Shown here: positions 49,546 through 58,617 of the stretch, in pieces
Layout of the letters: every line of letters begins with the position of its first letter
Numbering within the stretch: position 1 is the stretch's first letter
Assembly: GCA_963677895.2 (NCBI GenBank)
Contig: CAXXGJ010000006.1
Coordinates: 384,001-448,000 of the forward strand
Direction: 5' to 3'
Origin: Treponemataceae bacterium
GTDB lineage: Bacteria; Spirochaetota; Spirochaetia; Treponematales; Rectinemataceae
DNA length: 64,000 nt
The notes under the pieces: model-generated
Databases searched by the model: none
What the model saw: only the letters and a program-made list of their open reading frames with translations
What the model was told of the DNA's origin: nothing
Position numbers and translations under genes: made by a program

Positions 49546-50523
49546 ATGAAAAACTGGAAAAAAGTCCTAGTACTGTTGCCGGCGATGCTGTTGATCTTCT
49601 CCGCATCGGCCTTCGCGGCTCCGCCCAAGACATGGGTCGTCGGTTTCGCCCAGATCGGCTCCGAGAGCGAGTGGAGAACCGCCGATACGATCTCGGTGCA
49701 GAATGCCTTCAACGAGGATGAGAGCTTCATCCTGATCTATTCCGATGCCCAGCAGAAGCAGGAGAACCAGATCAAGGCGCTGCGCTCCTTCATCGCGAGA
49801 AAGGTGGACTGCATCGTGTTCACCGCCCTCGTGGAGACCGGCTACGGCCCCGTGCTTCAGGAAGCGAAGCGCGCCGGCATCCCCGTCATCATGATCGACC
49901 GCGACGTCCAGGAATCCGACAGGTCCCTGAGGCTCACGATCATGGGATCCAACTTCATCACGGAAGGCGAGAAAGCGGGCAACTGGCTCGCCGCCTACCT
50001 CAAGCAGAAGGGCTTGGACGACGGCAAGAAACCGATCAATATCGTGGAACTCCAGGGCACGACGGGCTCCGCCCCTGCCATCGAAAGGAAGACCGGCTTC
50101 GCGAACATCATGAAGCAGCATTCCAACTGGCAGCTCACCCGCTCCCAGACGGGCAACTTCACGAGCTCCGAGGGCAAGGCCGTCATGGAAGCCTTCCTGA
50201 AGGCCGACAAGACGATCCAGGTCCTCTATGCCCATAACGACCAGATGGCCTTAGGCGCCATTCAGGCCATCAAGGAAGCCGGACTGAAGCCGGGCAAGGA
50301 TATCATCATCATCGGCGTGGACGCCGTCAAAGGCGCTTTCGAGGCCATCGTGGCGGGCGAGATGAACTGCACGGTCGAGTGCAGCCCATTGCTCGGACCT
50401 CAGGCTGTACAGGCCGTGACCGACCTGCGTGACGGGAAGAAACTCCCGGCCCGCATCTACACGATCGAAGGTCTCTTCGACGAGACCAACGCCGCGGCGG
50501 CCCTGCCGTCCAGGCAGTACTGA
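49546..50523 (+). CDS. Monosaccharide ABC transporter substrate-binding protein (YtfQ-like)
   Basis: VGFAQIGSESEWR, DAQQKQENQIKALRSFIA, ELQGTTGS, HND.MA.GA, ECSPLLGP. Confidence 0.92.
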   Translation: MKNWKKVLVLLPAMLLIFSASAFAAPPKTWVVGFAQIGSESEWRTADTISVQNAFNEDESFILIYSDAQQKQENQIKALRSFIARKVDCIVFTALVETGYGPVLQEAKRAGIPVIMIDRDVQESDRSLRLTIMGSNFITEGEKAGNWLAAYLKQKGLDDGKKPINIVELQGTTGSAPAIERKTGFANIMKQHSNWQLTRSQTGNFTSSEGKAVMEAFLKADKTIQVLYAHNDQMALGAIQAIKEAGLKPGKDIIIIGVDAVKGAFEAIVAGEMNCTVECSPLLGPQAVQAVTDLRDGKKLPARIYTIEGLFDETNAAAALPSRQY

Positions 50524-50562
50524 CCTGCGTATTGATTTAGCGATGTATCGATAGTATATCCT

Positions 50563-50616
50563 GAAGGGACAAGGTTGCCTCTCGCCGCAAGGGCGATGAG
50601 GAGGCTTTGTCCCTTC
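50563..50616 (+). terminator. Stem-loop after the binding-protein gene
   Basis: GAAGGGACAA...TTGTCCCTTC enclosing an inner TCGCC-GCAAG-GGCGA hairpin. Confidence 0.6.
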
Positions 50617-50648
50617 GTTTGCGGACTGTTTCAGCGGGAGGCATCCAA

Positions 50649-52211
50649 ATGTCCGACAACGCCCCAATCGTCGAGTTGAAGACGATAAGCAAAACTTTTC
50701 CTGGCGTGAGGGCTTTGTCCAGCGTGGATTTTCGCCTTTTCCCGGGCGAAGTCCATGCCCTCATGGGGCAAAACGGAGCGGGCAAATCCACCCTGGTAAA
50801 GGTGCTCACCGGCGTGTATCGCCAGGATTCAGGAGAGATTCTCCTCGAAGGCAAGCCGATAAGGCCGGATTCGCCCCTCGCCGCCCAAAGACTGGGAATC
50901 AACACCGTCTATCAGGAAATCAACCTCTGCCTCAATCTCTCGGTGGCTGAAAACATCTTCATCGGCAGGGAGCCGAAGCGCCTAGGCAGGATCGACTGGA
51001 AGACCATGAACGGAAAAGCCGTGGAAGTCCTGAAGCGGCTCAACATCGGCATCGACGTGACGAAGATTCTGTCTTCCTATTCGATCGCCGTGCAGCAGAT
51101 GGTGGCCATTTCCCGCGTCCTCGATTCGTCCTCCAAGGTTCTCATCCTCGACGAGCCCACGTCGAGCCTCGACGAGACCGAAGTCGCCCAACTTTTTAAG
51201 GTTATAAAGAAGTTGCGCGACGAAGGAATGGCCATCCTTTTCATCACGCACTTCCTGGACCAGACGTACCAGATTTCCGACAGGATCACCGTGCTGAAGA
51301 ACGGCGAATTCGTGGGGGAATACGAGACGGGGAACCTGCCCAAACTGGAGCTGATCGCCAAGATGCTCGGCAAGGAACTCTCCGAATTCAGCTATACGAC
51401 GAGCGGCGCGCGGGAGAAGAAACACGGGACCGCCGACGATACGGCCGCCGAGGATACGGCCGCCGACGATACGGCTGCCGGGACGACGCCCCTTCTCGAG
51501 GCGAAGAGTCTCGGCCTGCGCGGCTCGATCGCCCCCTTCGACATCGCGCTTCGCGAGGGCGACGTGCTTGGTTTCGCGGGGCTCCTGGGCTCGGGGAGGA
51601 CGGAGACGGCGAGACTTCTCTTCGGCATCGACGCCGCCGATCAGGGCGACTTGGCCGTGAAAGGGAAGAAAGCCGGCATCAGCTCGCCGAGGGGCGCGAT
51701 GATGGCCGGCATGGGCTTCTGCTCCGAGGATAGGAAGAACGAGGGGATTTTCGCCGAACTCTCTATACGGGAGAACATCATCCTCGCGCTCCAGGCGAAG
51801 ATGGGCGCGTCGAAATACCTTTCGACGAAAAAGCAGCTGGAGATCGCCGAGGAGCTCATAGCGTCGCTGAGAATCGTCACGCCGAGCGCCAACGGCGAGG
51901 CCAAGCAGCTCTCCGGCGGCAATCAGCAGAAACTGCTGCTGGCTCGCTGGCTCTGCACCAATCCCATAATCCTCATCCTCGACGAGCCCACCCGCGGTAT
52001 CGACGTGGGCGCGAAACTCGAAATCATGGAGCAGATACTCAACCTGAGCAGAAAAGGCCTTGGGGTCATCTTCATCTCGTCGGAATTCGAGGAAGTGCTG
52101 CGCTGCAGCACGAAAATTGCCGTTTTCAGGGACAAGGTGAAGATCGCGGAACTCGAGGGAGAGGACATGAACGAGAGGACCATCATGCAGACTATCGCGG
52201 GAGGCAGATGA
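50649..52211 (+). CDS. Monosaccharide ABC transporter ATP-binding protein (double ABC, YtfR-like)
   Basis: GQNGAGKST, LDEPT twice, LSGGNQQK. Confidence 0.95.
   Translation: MSDNAPIVELKTISKTFPGVRALSSVDFRLFPGEVHALMGQNGAGKSTLVKVLTGVYRQDSGEILLEGKPIRPDSPLAAQRLGINTVYQEINLCLNLSVAENIFIGREPKRLGRIDWKTMNGKAVEVLKRLNIGIDVTKILSSYSIAVQQMVAISRVLDSSSKVLILDEPTSSLDETEVAQLFKVIKKLRDEGMAILFITHFLDQTYQISDRITVLKNGEFVGEYETGNLPKLELIAKMLGKELSEFSYTTSGAREKKHGTADDTAAEDTAADDTAAGTTPLLEAKSLGLRGSIAPFDIALREGDVLGFAGLLGSGRTETARLLFGIDAADQGDLAVKGKKAGISSPRGAMMAGMGFCSEDRKNEGIFAELSIRENIILALQAKMGASKYLSTKKQLEIAEELIASLRIVTPSANGEAKQLSGGNQQKLLLARWLCTNPIILILDEPTRGIDVGAKLEIMEQILNLSRKGLGVIFISSEFEEVLRCSTKIAVFRDKVKIAELEGEDMNERTIMQTIAGGR
51430..51480 (+). 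repeat. 15-bp coding tandem repeat in the ABC linker
   Basis: ACGGCCGCCGA(C/G)GAT, about 3.4 copies, encoding TADD-TAAED-TAADD-TAAG. Confidence 0.9.
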
Positions 52212-53236
52212 ACATGGCGTGGCTGAATACCCTGACGCGCAGGAAAATCTTCTGGCCGCTGGTCGCCCTCGCCTTCCTTCTCGCCTTCAATCTATTCTTC
52301 ACCCCCAACTTCTTCAGCGTCGAGATAAAACAGGGCCACCTCTACGGCAATGTCATCGACATCCTGAAGAACGGCGCGCCGATCATGCTTCTGGCCGTCG
52401 GCTTGACCCTCGTCATAGCGACGAAGGGCATCGACATCTCGGTGGGATCGGTGGTGGCCATTTCGGCGGGCGTCGTGGCCATGCTGATAGGCGGCGACCT
52501 CAAGGGCAACCCCAAGTATCCCATCGCCTTCGCGATGTCGGCAGCCGTGCTCGTGTCGATCGCCGCGGGGATGTGGAACGGCATGCTCGTCTCCTGGGTG
52601 GGGATGCAGCCGATCATCGCGACCCTGATCCTCTCCGTGGCGGGGCGCGGCATCGCGATGGTCACCACCAACGCCATGGTCGTCTGGCTCTACGCCAAAC
52701 CCTTCGCCCTCCTCGGACAGGGCTACCTGCTGGGTCTGCCCTTTTCGATCTATATGGTGGCCGTCCTTCTTTTGATGACATGGCTGGCCACGCGGCGGAC
52801 CGCCCTCGGCCTCTTCATCGAGGCTGTGGGCATCAACCCGACCGCCTCGCGCTTCGCGGGCATCAACGCGAAAAACCTCATCTTCTGGGTCTACGCCTTT
52901 TCGGGCTTCTGCGCGGGCGTATCGGGCCTCGTCGTCTGCTCGACCGTGATGAGTGCCGACGGGAACAACGCCGGCCTCGGCTACGAGATGGACGCGATAC
53001 TGGCCGTCGTCATAGGCGGAACCTCCATGAACGGGGGGAAATTCTATCTTTTCGGCTCCATGGTAGGCGCGCTGATCGTCCAGACCCTGACGACGACCAT
53101 CTACGCCTTCAACGTTCCGCCCGAGATAGCACAGGTGGTGAAGGCTCTCGTCGTGTGGACTGTCAGCCTCCTTCAGTCGGCCACCTTCCGCGCCAAGGTC
53201 GCCAGCCTCTTCGGCAAGAGGGAGGTGGCGGCATGA
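52208..53236 (+). CDS. Monosaccharide ABC transporter permease (YtfT-like)
   Basis: GIDISVG, QPIIATL, GRGIA, E.DAILAVVIGGT. Confidence 0.93.
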   Translation: MNMAWLNTLTRRKIFWPLVALAFLLAFNLFFTPNFFSVEIKQGHLYGNVIDILKNGAPIMLLAVGLTLVIATKGIDISVGSVVAISAGVVAMLIGGDLKGNPKYPIAFAMSAAVLVSIAAGMWNGMLVSWVGMQPIIATLILSVAGRGIAMVTTNAMVVWLYAKPFALLGQGYLLGLPFSIYMVAVLLLMTWLATRRTALGLFIEAVGINPTASRFAGINAKNLIFWVYAFSGFCAGVSGLVVCSTVMSADGNNAGLGYEMDAILAVVIGGTSMNGGKFYLFGSMVGALIVQTLTTTIYAFNVPPEIAQVVKALVVWTVSLLQSATFRAKVASLFGKREVAA

Positions 53237-54231
53237 AGCTGAAATCCATATTCAGCCCGAAAAACCTGCCCACTATCGTGACCCTCGGCCTTTTCATCCT
53301 CATGTTCGGCCTGGGGTCGGTCTCCTTCAGAGGCTTCTTTTCCCTTCAGAATTTCCTCAACCTCTTCATCGACAACGCCTACCTCATCATCATCGCCGTG
53401 GGGATGACCTTCGTCATCATCTCGGGGGGCATCGACCTTTCGGTCGGTTCCATGCTCGCCCTCTCCACGATGGTGACGTCGAGCCTCCTGGAAAAATCCC
53501 GCTGGGATCCCCTCTACGTCATCCCCGTCGTCCTCTTGATGGGCGTGGCGCTGGGGCTCTTCATGGGCTGGCTCATCCAGACCTTCGACATACCGCCCTT
53601 CATCATCACGCTGGCGGGGCTCTACCTCGCCAGAGGGCTCTGCTACGTGGTAAGCATAGACACGATCGGTATCACCCACCCCTTCTGGCAGGCCATGGCG
53701 AGCTCCGCGATCCCGATCGCGGGGAACAGCTTCATCTCGCCGAGCGTGATCATCGCCGTCGTCATCCTGATAGCGGGAATGTACGTTTCGCGCTTCACCA
53801 AGTTCGGGCGGACGGTCTTCGCCATAGGCGGAAACGAGCAATCGGCCGTGCTGATGGGCCTGCCGGTGGCGCGGACGAAAATCCTACTCTACGCATTCTC
53901 GGGCTTCTGCTCGGCGCTGGCGGGCATCGTCTTCACCTTCTATACGCTCTCTGGCTACGCCCTGAACGGAAGAGGCATGGAAATGGACGCGATCGCGACG
54001 GTGGTGATAGGCGGAACCCTTCTCTCCGGTGGCGTGGGAAGCGTCTTGGGCACCCTTTTCGGCGTCTTTGTCTACGGGACGATCCAGGTGCTGATCGTCT
54101 TCCAGGGAACGCTCAACTCCTGGTGGACGCGCATCGCGATCGGTTTCCTGGTATTCGTTTTCTGCCTGCTGCAGAGGCTGTTTGAGGTGAGGAAGGGGGG
54201 CAAGCGGCGGAAGAGTTCCGCCGCCGCCTGA
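53233..54231 (+). CDS. Monosaccharide ABC transporter permease (YjfF-like)
   Basis: ATG overlaps the previous stop (ATGA); GGIDLSVG, FIITLAG, AIGGNE.SA.LMGL, LNSWW. Confidence 0.93.
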   Translation: MKLKSIFSPKNLPTIVTLGLFILMFGLGSVSFRGFFSLQNFLNLFIDNAYLIIIAVGMTFVIISGGIDLSVGSMLALSTMVTSSLLEKSRWDPLYVIPVVLLMGVALGLFMGWLIQTFDIPPFIITLAGLYLARGLCYVVSIDTIGITHPFWQAMASSAIPIAGNSFISPSVIIAVVILIAGMYVSRFTKFGRTVFAIGGNEQSAVLMGLPVARTKILLYAFSGFCSALAGIVFTFYTLSGYALNGRGMEMDAIATVVIGGTLLSGGVGSVLGTLFGVFVYGTIQVLIVFQGTLNSWWTRIAIGFLVFVFCLLQRLFEVRKGGKRRKSSAAA

Positions 54232-54243
54232 TGAATTATTATC

Positions 54244-55734
54244 TCATGACCAAACGCTGTCGTTCCATTGAAGCATGGATTCCAGCATTCGCGGGTCGCG
54301 TTCCTTGTTGATCTCGAAATATTCAACGCCGGCGATCCTGGCGTAATCCTCCAGCATTTCAGCGCTCACCTGCGTCGAGAAGCCGGTGTGATGGGCGCCG
54401 CCCGCGAGGATCCAGAGCCTCGCCGCGTCCTTGAGGGAGGGCTCCGGCTTCCAGAGCACCCTCGCCACGGGCAGTTTCGGCATCGGGGCGGGCAGGCTTA
54501 CGGACTCGATGAGGTTCGAAAGGAGCCGGAATCGCCCTCCTAAATCGAGCAACGTCGCGACGATGGCTTTGCCGATCCGCGTCTCGAACACCGCGCGCGC
54601 GGGGGCGGCCTTGCCGCCTATGCCGAGCGGATGCACTTCGATCCTGGGCTTGCCGTTCGCTATGCTGGGGCATACCTCGAGCATATGCGCGCCCAGTATG
54701 AGTTCGTTTCCGGGCTCGAAATGGTAGGTGTAGTCTTCCATGAAGGAGGTGCCGCCAGCGAGGCCTTCGCCCATCACCTTCATCGCGCGCACGAGGGCCG
54801 CGGTCTTCCAGTCGCCCTCGGCGCCGAAGCCGTAGCCGTCCATCATGAGGCGCTGCGACGCCAGTCCGGGAAGTTGTGCGAGCTTGCCAAGGTCCTCGAA
54901 GGTGGTGGTAAACGAACCAGCGTTATGCGATTCAAGAAATCGGCGGATTCCCCGCTCGATGCGGGCCTGTTCCCGCACGCTGGCCATCGCGGCCTCGCTG
55001 CCCGAGACTTCGGGGGCGAAATCGAAGAGCCCGCGATATTCGTCCATGGCTTTGTCGAGTTCGGCCTCGGTCACCGCCTCCACTTCCCGGACAAGATCCC
55101 CTATCCCGTAGCCGTTGACCGACCAGCCCAGCTGGATCTGCGCCGATACCTTGTTGCCCTCCGTCACCGCGACATCGCGCATGTTGTCGCCGAAGCGGAC
55201 CACGGCTTTCTCCTGGCCGTCGGCGAAGGCGCAGGCCGCGCGCATCCAGGCGCCGACGCGCTGCCGCACTTCGGGATCCTGCCAATGGCCGACGACGACC
55301 TTGCGCGCGATCTTCATCCTCGTCTGGATGAAGCCGTGCTCCCTGTCGCCGTGCGCCGACTGGTTCAGGTTCATGAAATCCATGTCGATGGTGGCCCAGG
55401 GGATATCCCGGTTGAACTGCGTGTGCAGATGGAGCAGCGGTTTATGGTTGACGGCGAGCCCCGCGATCCACATTCTCGATGGCGAGAAGGTGTGCATCCA
55501 GGTGACGAGGCCGGCGCAGGCCGGAGAGGCGTTCGCTTCCCTGAATAGGGCAAGAATTTCTTCGGAGCTCTTCGCCACCTTCTTGAAAACGAAGGGCGAA
55601 GGGAGGGCCGGATCAGCCGCGAAACCGCCTGCCATGGCGCGCGCGTGCTCCTCGACGGTCTTCAGGACTTCGGGGCCGTAGAGGTCCTGGCTGCCCACGA
55701 CGAACCAGAACTCATGTTTTTTGAGCGTGTTCAT
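54244..55734 (-). CDS. araA: L-arabinose isomerase
   Basis: GSQ.LYG, WMHTFSP, DMDFMNLNQSAHGDRE, GAEGDWK, FMEDYTY, GAHMLE, GGAHH. Confidence 0.98.
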   Translation of the reverse strand: MNTLKKHEFWFVVGSQDLYGPEVLKTVEEHARAMAGGFAADPALPSPFVFKKVAKSSEEILALFREANASPACAGLVTWMHTFSPSRMWIAGLAVNHKPLLHLHTQFNRDIPWATIDMDFMNLNQSAHGDREHGFIQTRMKIARKVVVGHWQDPEVRQRVGAWMRAACAFADGQEKAVVRFGDNMRDVAVTEGNKVSAQIQLGWSVNGYGIGDLVREVEAVTEAELDKAMDEYRGLFDFAPEVSGSEAAMASVREQARIERGIRRFLESHNAGSFTTTFEDLGKLAQLPGLASQRLMMDGYGFGAEGDWKTAALVRAMKVMGEGLAGGTSFMEDYTYHFEPGNELILGAHMLEVCPSIANGKPRIEVHPLGIGGKAAPARAVFETRIGKAIVATLLDLGGRFRLLSNLIESVSLPAPMPKLPVARVLWKPEPSLKDAARLWILAGGAHHTGFSTQVSAEMLEDYARIAGVEYFEINKERDPRMLESMLQWNDSVWS

Positions 55735-57383
55735 GAGAGCTCCTTTTCGATGAAGCGGCCGAACTCCACATACTTCTTGTACCGCTTATCGTAGAAAGCC
55801 GCGCGCGCGGGGTCCGGCTCGACGCTGCGCTCGACGGGCGGAAGCATGCGCCTCTGCGCCTCGGCGACCGTCGGATGAATTCCGGCGACGACGGAGGCGA
55901 ACATGGCCGCGCCCAGGGCGACGGATTGGTCGCCGGAGGCGATGTCGATAGGCATGCCGAGCACGTCGGCGACGATCTGCATGACGAGCGGTGATTTCTT
56001 CGCCACGCCGCCGATGGCGACGATACGGTCTATCTTCACGCCCTCGCTCCTGAAGCGTTCGACGATGGCGCGGGCGCCGTAGGCGGTGGCCTCGATGAGG
56101 GCGCGGTAGATCATGGGCGCCGTGGTGCCGAGCGTGAGCCCTGAGATGGCCCCTTGCAGAAGCTGGTTGGCGTCGGGCGTCCGGCGGCCGTTGAGCCAGT
56201 CGAGAGCGAGCAACGTTGAGCCGGCGGGGTCGATCAGCGCCGCTTCTTTTTCAAGCGCCGACATAATCTTCGCGCTTGCTTCTTCCGCTTTATCGGGCAG
56301 GATCGTCTCGATCGGCCAGGATAGAATCTTTTTATACCAGGCGAAGACATCGCCGAAGGCCGACTGGCCGGCCTCATAGCCGAGCATGGAGGGGATGATG
56401 GAACCGTCGACTTGGCCGCAAATGCCTCCGACGAGCCTTTCGTCGGAGACCGGGAGGGGGCCGACCGTCATGTCGCAGGTGCTCGTGCCCATGACCTTGA
56501 CGAGGACTCCCTCCCTCACGCCGCCGCCCACGGCGCCCATGTGCGCGTCGTAGGCGCCCACGGCGACGGGGATGCCCGCCGTCAGGTGGAGCCTTTCAGC
56601 CCATTCCCCCGTGAGGGGGCCGCAGGTCCTGTCGCTCGTCCAGGTTTCTTTCCCGAGCGTTTCGCGGATTCTGGAGAGTTCCGGATGGAGGAGGTTCAGG
56701 AACTCAGCCGCCGGGTAGCCGCCGAACTCCGCGTGCCACATGGCCTTGTGACCCATGGCGCAGCGGCTGCGCTTCACGGTCCGCACGGCTTGGGTTCCGG
56801 TGAGAAGGGCGGGCATCCAGTCGCAGTGTTCGACGAAGGAGTAGGCCGCCGCCGCGACGCGCGGATTGACCTTGAGGACGCGCATGACCTTAGCCCAGAA
56901 CCACTCTGAGGAATAGATTCCGCCCTCGTATTTCGTGAAGTCCTCGCCGCCCCAGCTTTTCGCCGCTCTGTTGATGGCGGCGGCCTCGTCGACGGCGCTG
57001 TGGTCCTTCCACAGGATGAACATCGCGTCCGGGTCCTCGGCGAATTGGGGCAACAAGGCCAGCGGCCTGCCCTCGGCGTTCACCGCGCAGGGCGTCGAAC
57101 CTGTCGTGTCGATCGCGATGCCCTTTATGGACGCGAGGGCTTCCTTTCCTATTTGGGCCAGCAGTTTGCCCATTACCGATTCCATTGACTCTATGTAGTC
57201 CAAAGGATGCTGCCTAAAAATATTCTTCCCTGGCGCGTTGAAACGTCCCGCCGCCCAGCGTGGATAGGCCGTCACCGCCTCGGCGATCTCCCGTCCGTTG
57301 CGCGCGTCGATGACTACGGCGCGACAGGAATCTGTGCCGTAGTCGATGCCGAGGACCGGCGTTCCGCTCAATTCTTGCGACAT
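55731..57383 (-). CDS. araB: Ribulokinase
   Basis: GIDYGTDS, DTTGSTP, LWKDH, YSSEWFWAK, MGTSTCD, EAGQSAFGD, LDWLNGRRTP. Confidence 0.96.
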   Translation of the reverse strand: MSQELSGTPVLGIDYGTDSCRAVVIDARNGREIAEAVTAYPRWAAGRFNAPGKNIFRQHPLDYIESMESVMGKLLAQIGKEALASIKGIAIDTTGSTPCAVNAEGRPLALLPQFAEDPDAMFILWKDHSAVDEAAAINRAAKSWGGEDFTKYEGGIYSSEWFWAKVMRVLKVNPRVAAAAYSFVEHCDWMPALLTGTQAVRTVKRSRCAMGHKAMWHAEFGGYPAAEFLNLLHPELSRIRETLGKETWTSDRTCGPLTGEWAERLHLTAGIPVAVGAYDAHMGAVGGGVREGVLVKVMGTSTCDMTVGPLPVSDERLVGGICGQVDGSIIPSMLGYEAGQSAFGDVFAWYKKILSWPIETILPDKAEEASAKIMSALEKEAALIDPAGSTLLALDWLNGRRTPDANQLLQGAISGLTLGTTAPMIYRALIEATAYGARAIVERFRSEGVKIDRIVAIGGVAKKSPLVMQIVADVLGMPIDIASGDQSVALGAAMFASVVAGIHPTVAEAQRRMLPPVERSVEPDPARAAFYDKRYKKYVEFGRFIEKELS

Positions 57384-57400
57384 TGCTCAACCTCCATTCA

Positions 57401-58474
57401 TCAGGGAAGATTTTCCCTCACGTATATATCGATAGGTACGATGATTTCCTTTTCGATGGCCTGCTGAAGCACCACATGGCTGTACAGCAGGTAGATGCCT
57501 TCGTATGCCTGATATTCAGGCCGCTGCGAGAGGATGCAGTCGATCGTACCGGCCCGCAGCTGGCTCTCGTTGTCCGGCACCAGATCGTAGCCGACCACCG
57601 CGATGTGCTCGCCTCCTTTGTCGTTGACAAAGGAGGCGACGCCGTGTACAGAAGCGTTTGTGACAAAGATGCCGCCGGGAGCCGGTATTTCCGCGAGCAG
57701 CTTCTGAAGAAAAGCCTCGCAGGTCGCCTTGTGCTCGATGTCGCGGCATTCGAAGATACGGATCTGGCGCGCCAACCCTGGCGCGGCGGCGCCCGGGTTG
57801 GCCGGCGGAACCACGCTCGCACCCAGCGAGTCGAAATAATGCAGGAATCCGTCGATTCTTTTTCTGATATGGAAATCTTCGCTGTGGGCGCTCACGACGC
57901 AAAAGGGACCCTCTCCCGCCGAGAAGGCGTCCAGAAGGCGGCCGGCCAGCACCCCGCTCTGGAACGCGTTCTGTCCGATTCTGGACAGGGGCGGAAAGTC
58001 GGGAAGCTGGGCATCGAAGAACACGACGGGGAATTCCGCCGGCATGGTTTTGAGCAGGAGGGAGCTCAGCTCGGGCTGAACCGGCGCCATGAGAAGCCCG
58101 TCGAAATGCCCGTCTTCCAGCTGCCGGCGAATGTTCTCAAATAATGGAAGAGGATCGTAGCGGTTGAATTCGATCTTTCGGATGTCCACGCCGAAGGTCT
58201 TCAGCTCCTTGGCCGCTTTCTGTATTCCCGCGTACGCGATTTTCCAATAACCGGAGTCATCGGTCGTGTTCGGCAGGAGGGCGGCGAAGGTATATTTCTT
58301 GTTGAGCTTGAGGTGACGCGCGATGGGGTTGGGCTTGTAGCCATGCTGCTCGATGAGAAATTCGATTTTAGCCTTGGTTTCCGGAGACACTCTCCCCCGA
58401 TTGTGCAGAACCCTGTCCACCGTTCCGATCGAGACATGGGCCGCTTCGGCTATTTCGCGCAGTGTCATTGGCAT
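57401..58474 (-). CDS. LacI-family transcriptional regulator (probable ara repressor)
   Basis: TLREIAEAAHVSIGTVDRVLHNRG HTH plus sugar-binding domain; first gene of the lacI-araB-araA run. Confidence 0.93.
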   Translation of the reverse strand: MPMTLREIAEAAHVSIGTVDRVLHNRGRVSPETKAKIEFLIEQHGYKPNPIARHLKLNKKYTFAALLPNTTDDSGYWKIAYAGIQKAAKELKTFGVDIRKIEFNRYDPLPLFENIRRQLEDGHFDGLLMAPVQPELSSLLLKTMPAEFPVVFFDAQLPDFPPLSRIGQNAFQSGVLAGRLLDAFSAGEGPFCVVSAHSEDFHIRKRIDGFLHYFDSLGASVVPPANPGAAAPGLARQIRIFECRDIEHKATCEAFLQKLLAEIPAPGGIFVTNASVHGVASFVNDKGGEHIAVVGYDLVPDNESQLRAGTIDCILSQRPEYQAYEGIYLLYSHVVLQQAIEKEIIVPIDIYVRENLP

Positions 58475-58502
58475 GCTCCATCATGGATGGGAGAATGTGA
58501 TT

Positions 58503-58549
58503 GCGGTAACGTACACGCATATTGTATTGCAGGTCGCCAAGGCTGTCAA
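58503..58549 (-). promoter_or_regulatory. LacI/araBA promoter with operator
   Basis: Minus strand TTGACA-N17-TACAAT, then GCGTGTACGTTACCGC (58518-58503). Confidence 0.8.
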
Positions 58550-58617
58550 ACATTTTCGCCGCGCGCGGGGGATCTCGTGCGCGCGGCTTTTCGCCCAAAG
58601 ACTCCTTGAGCCTCGAG

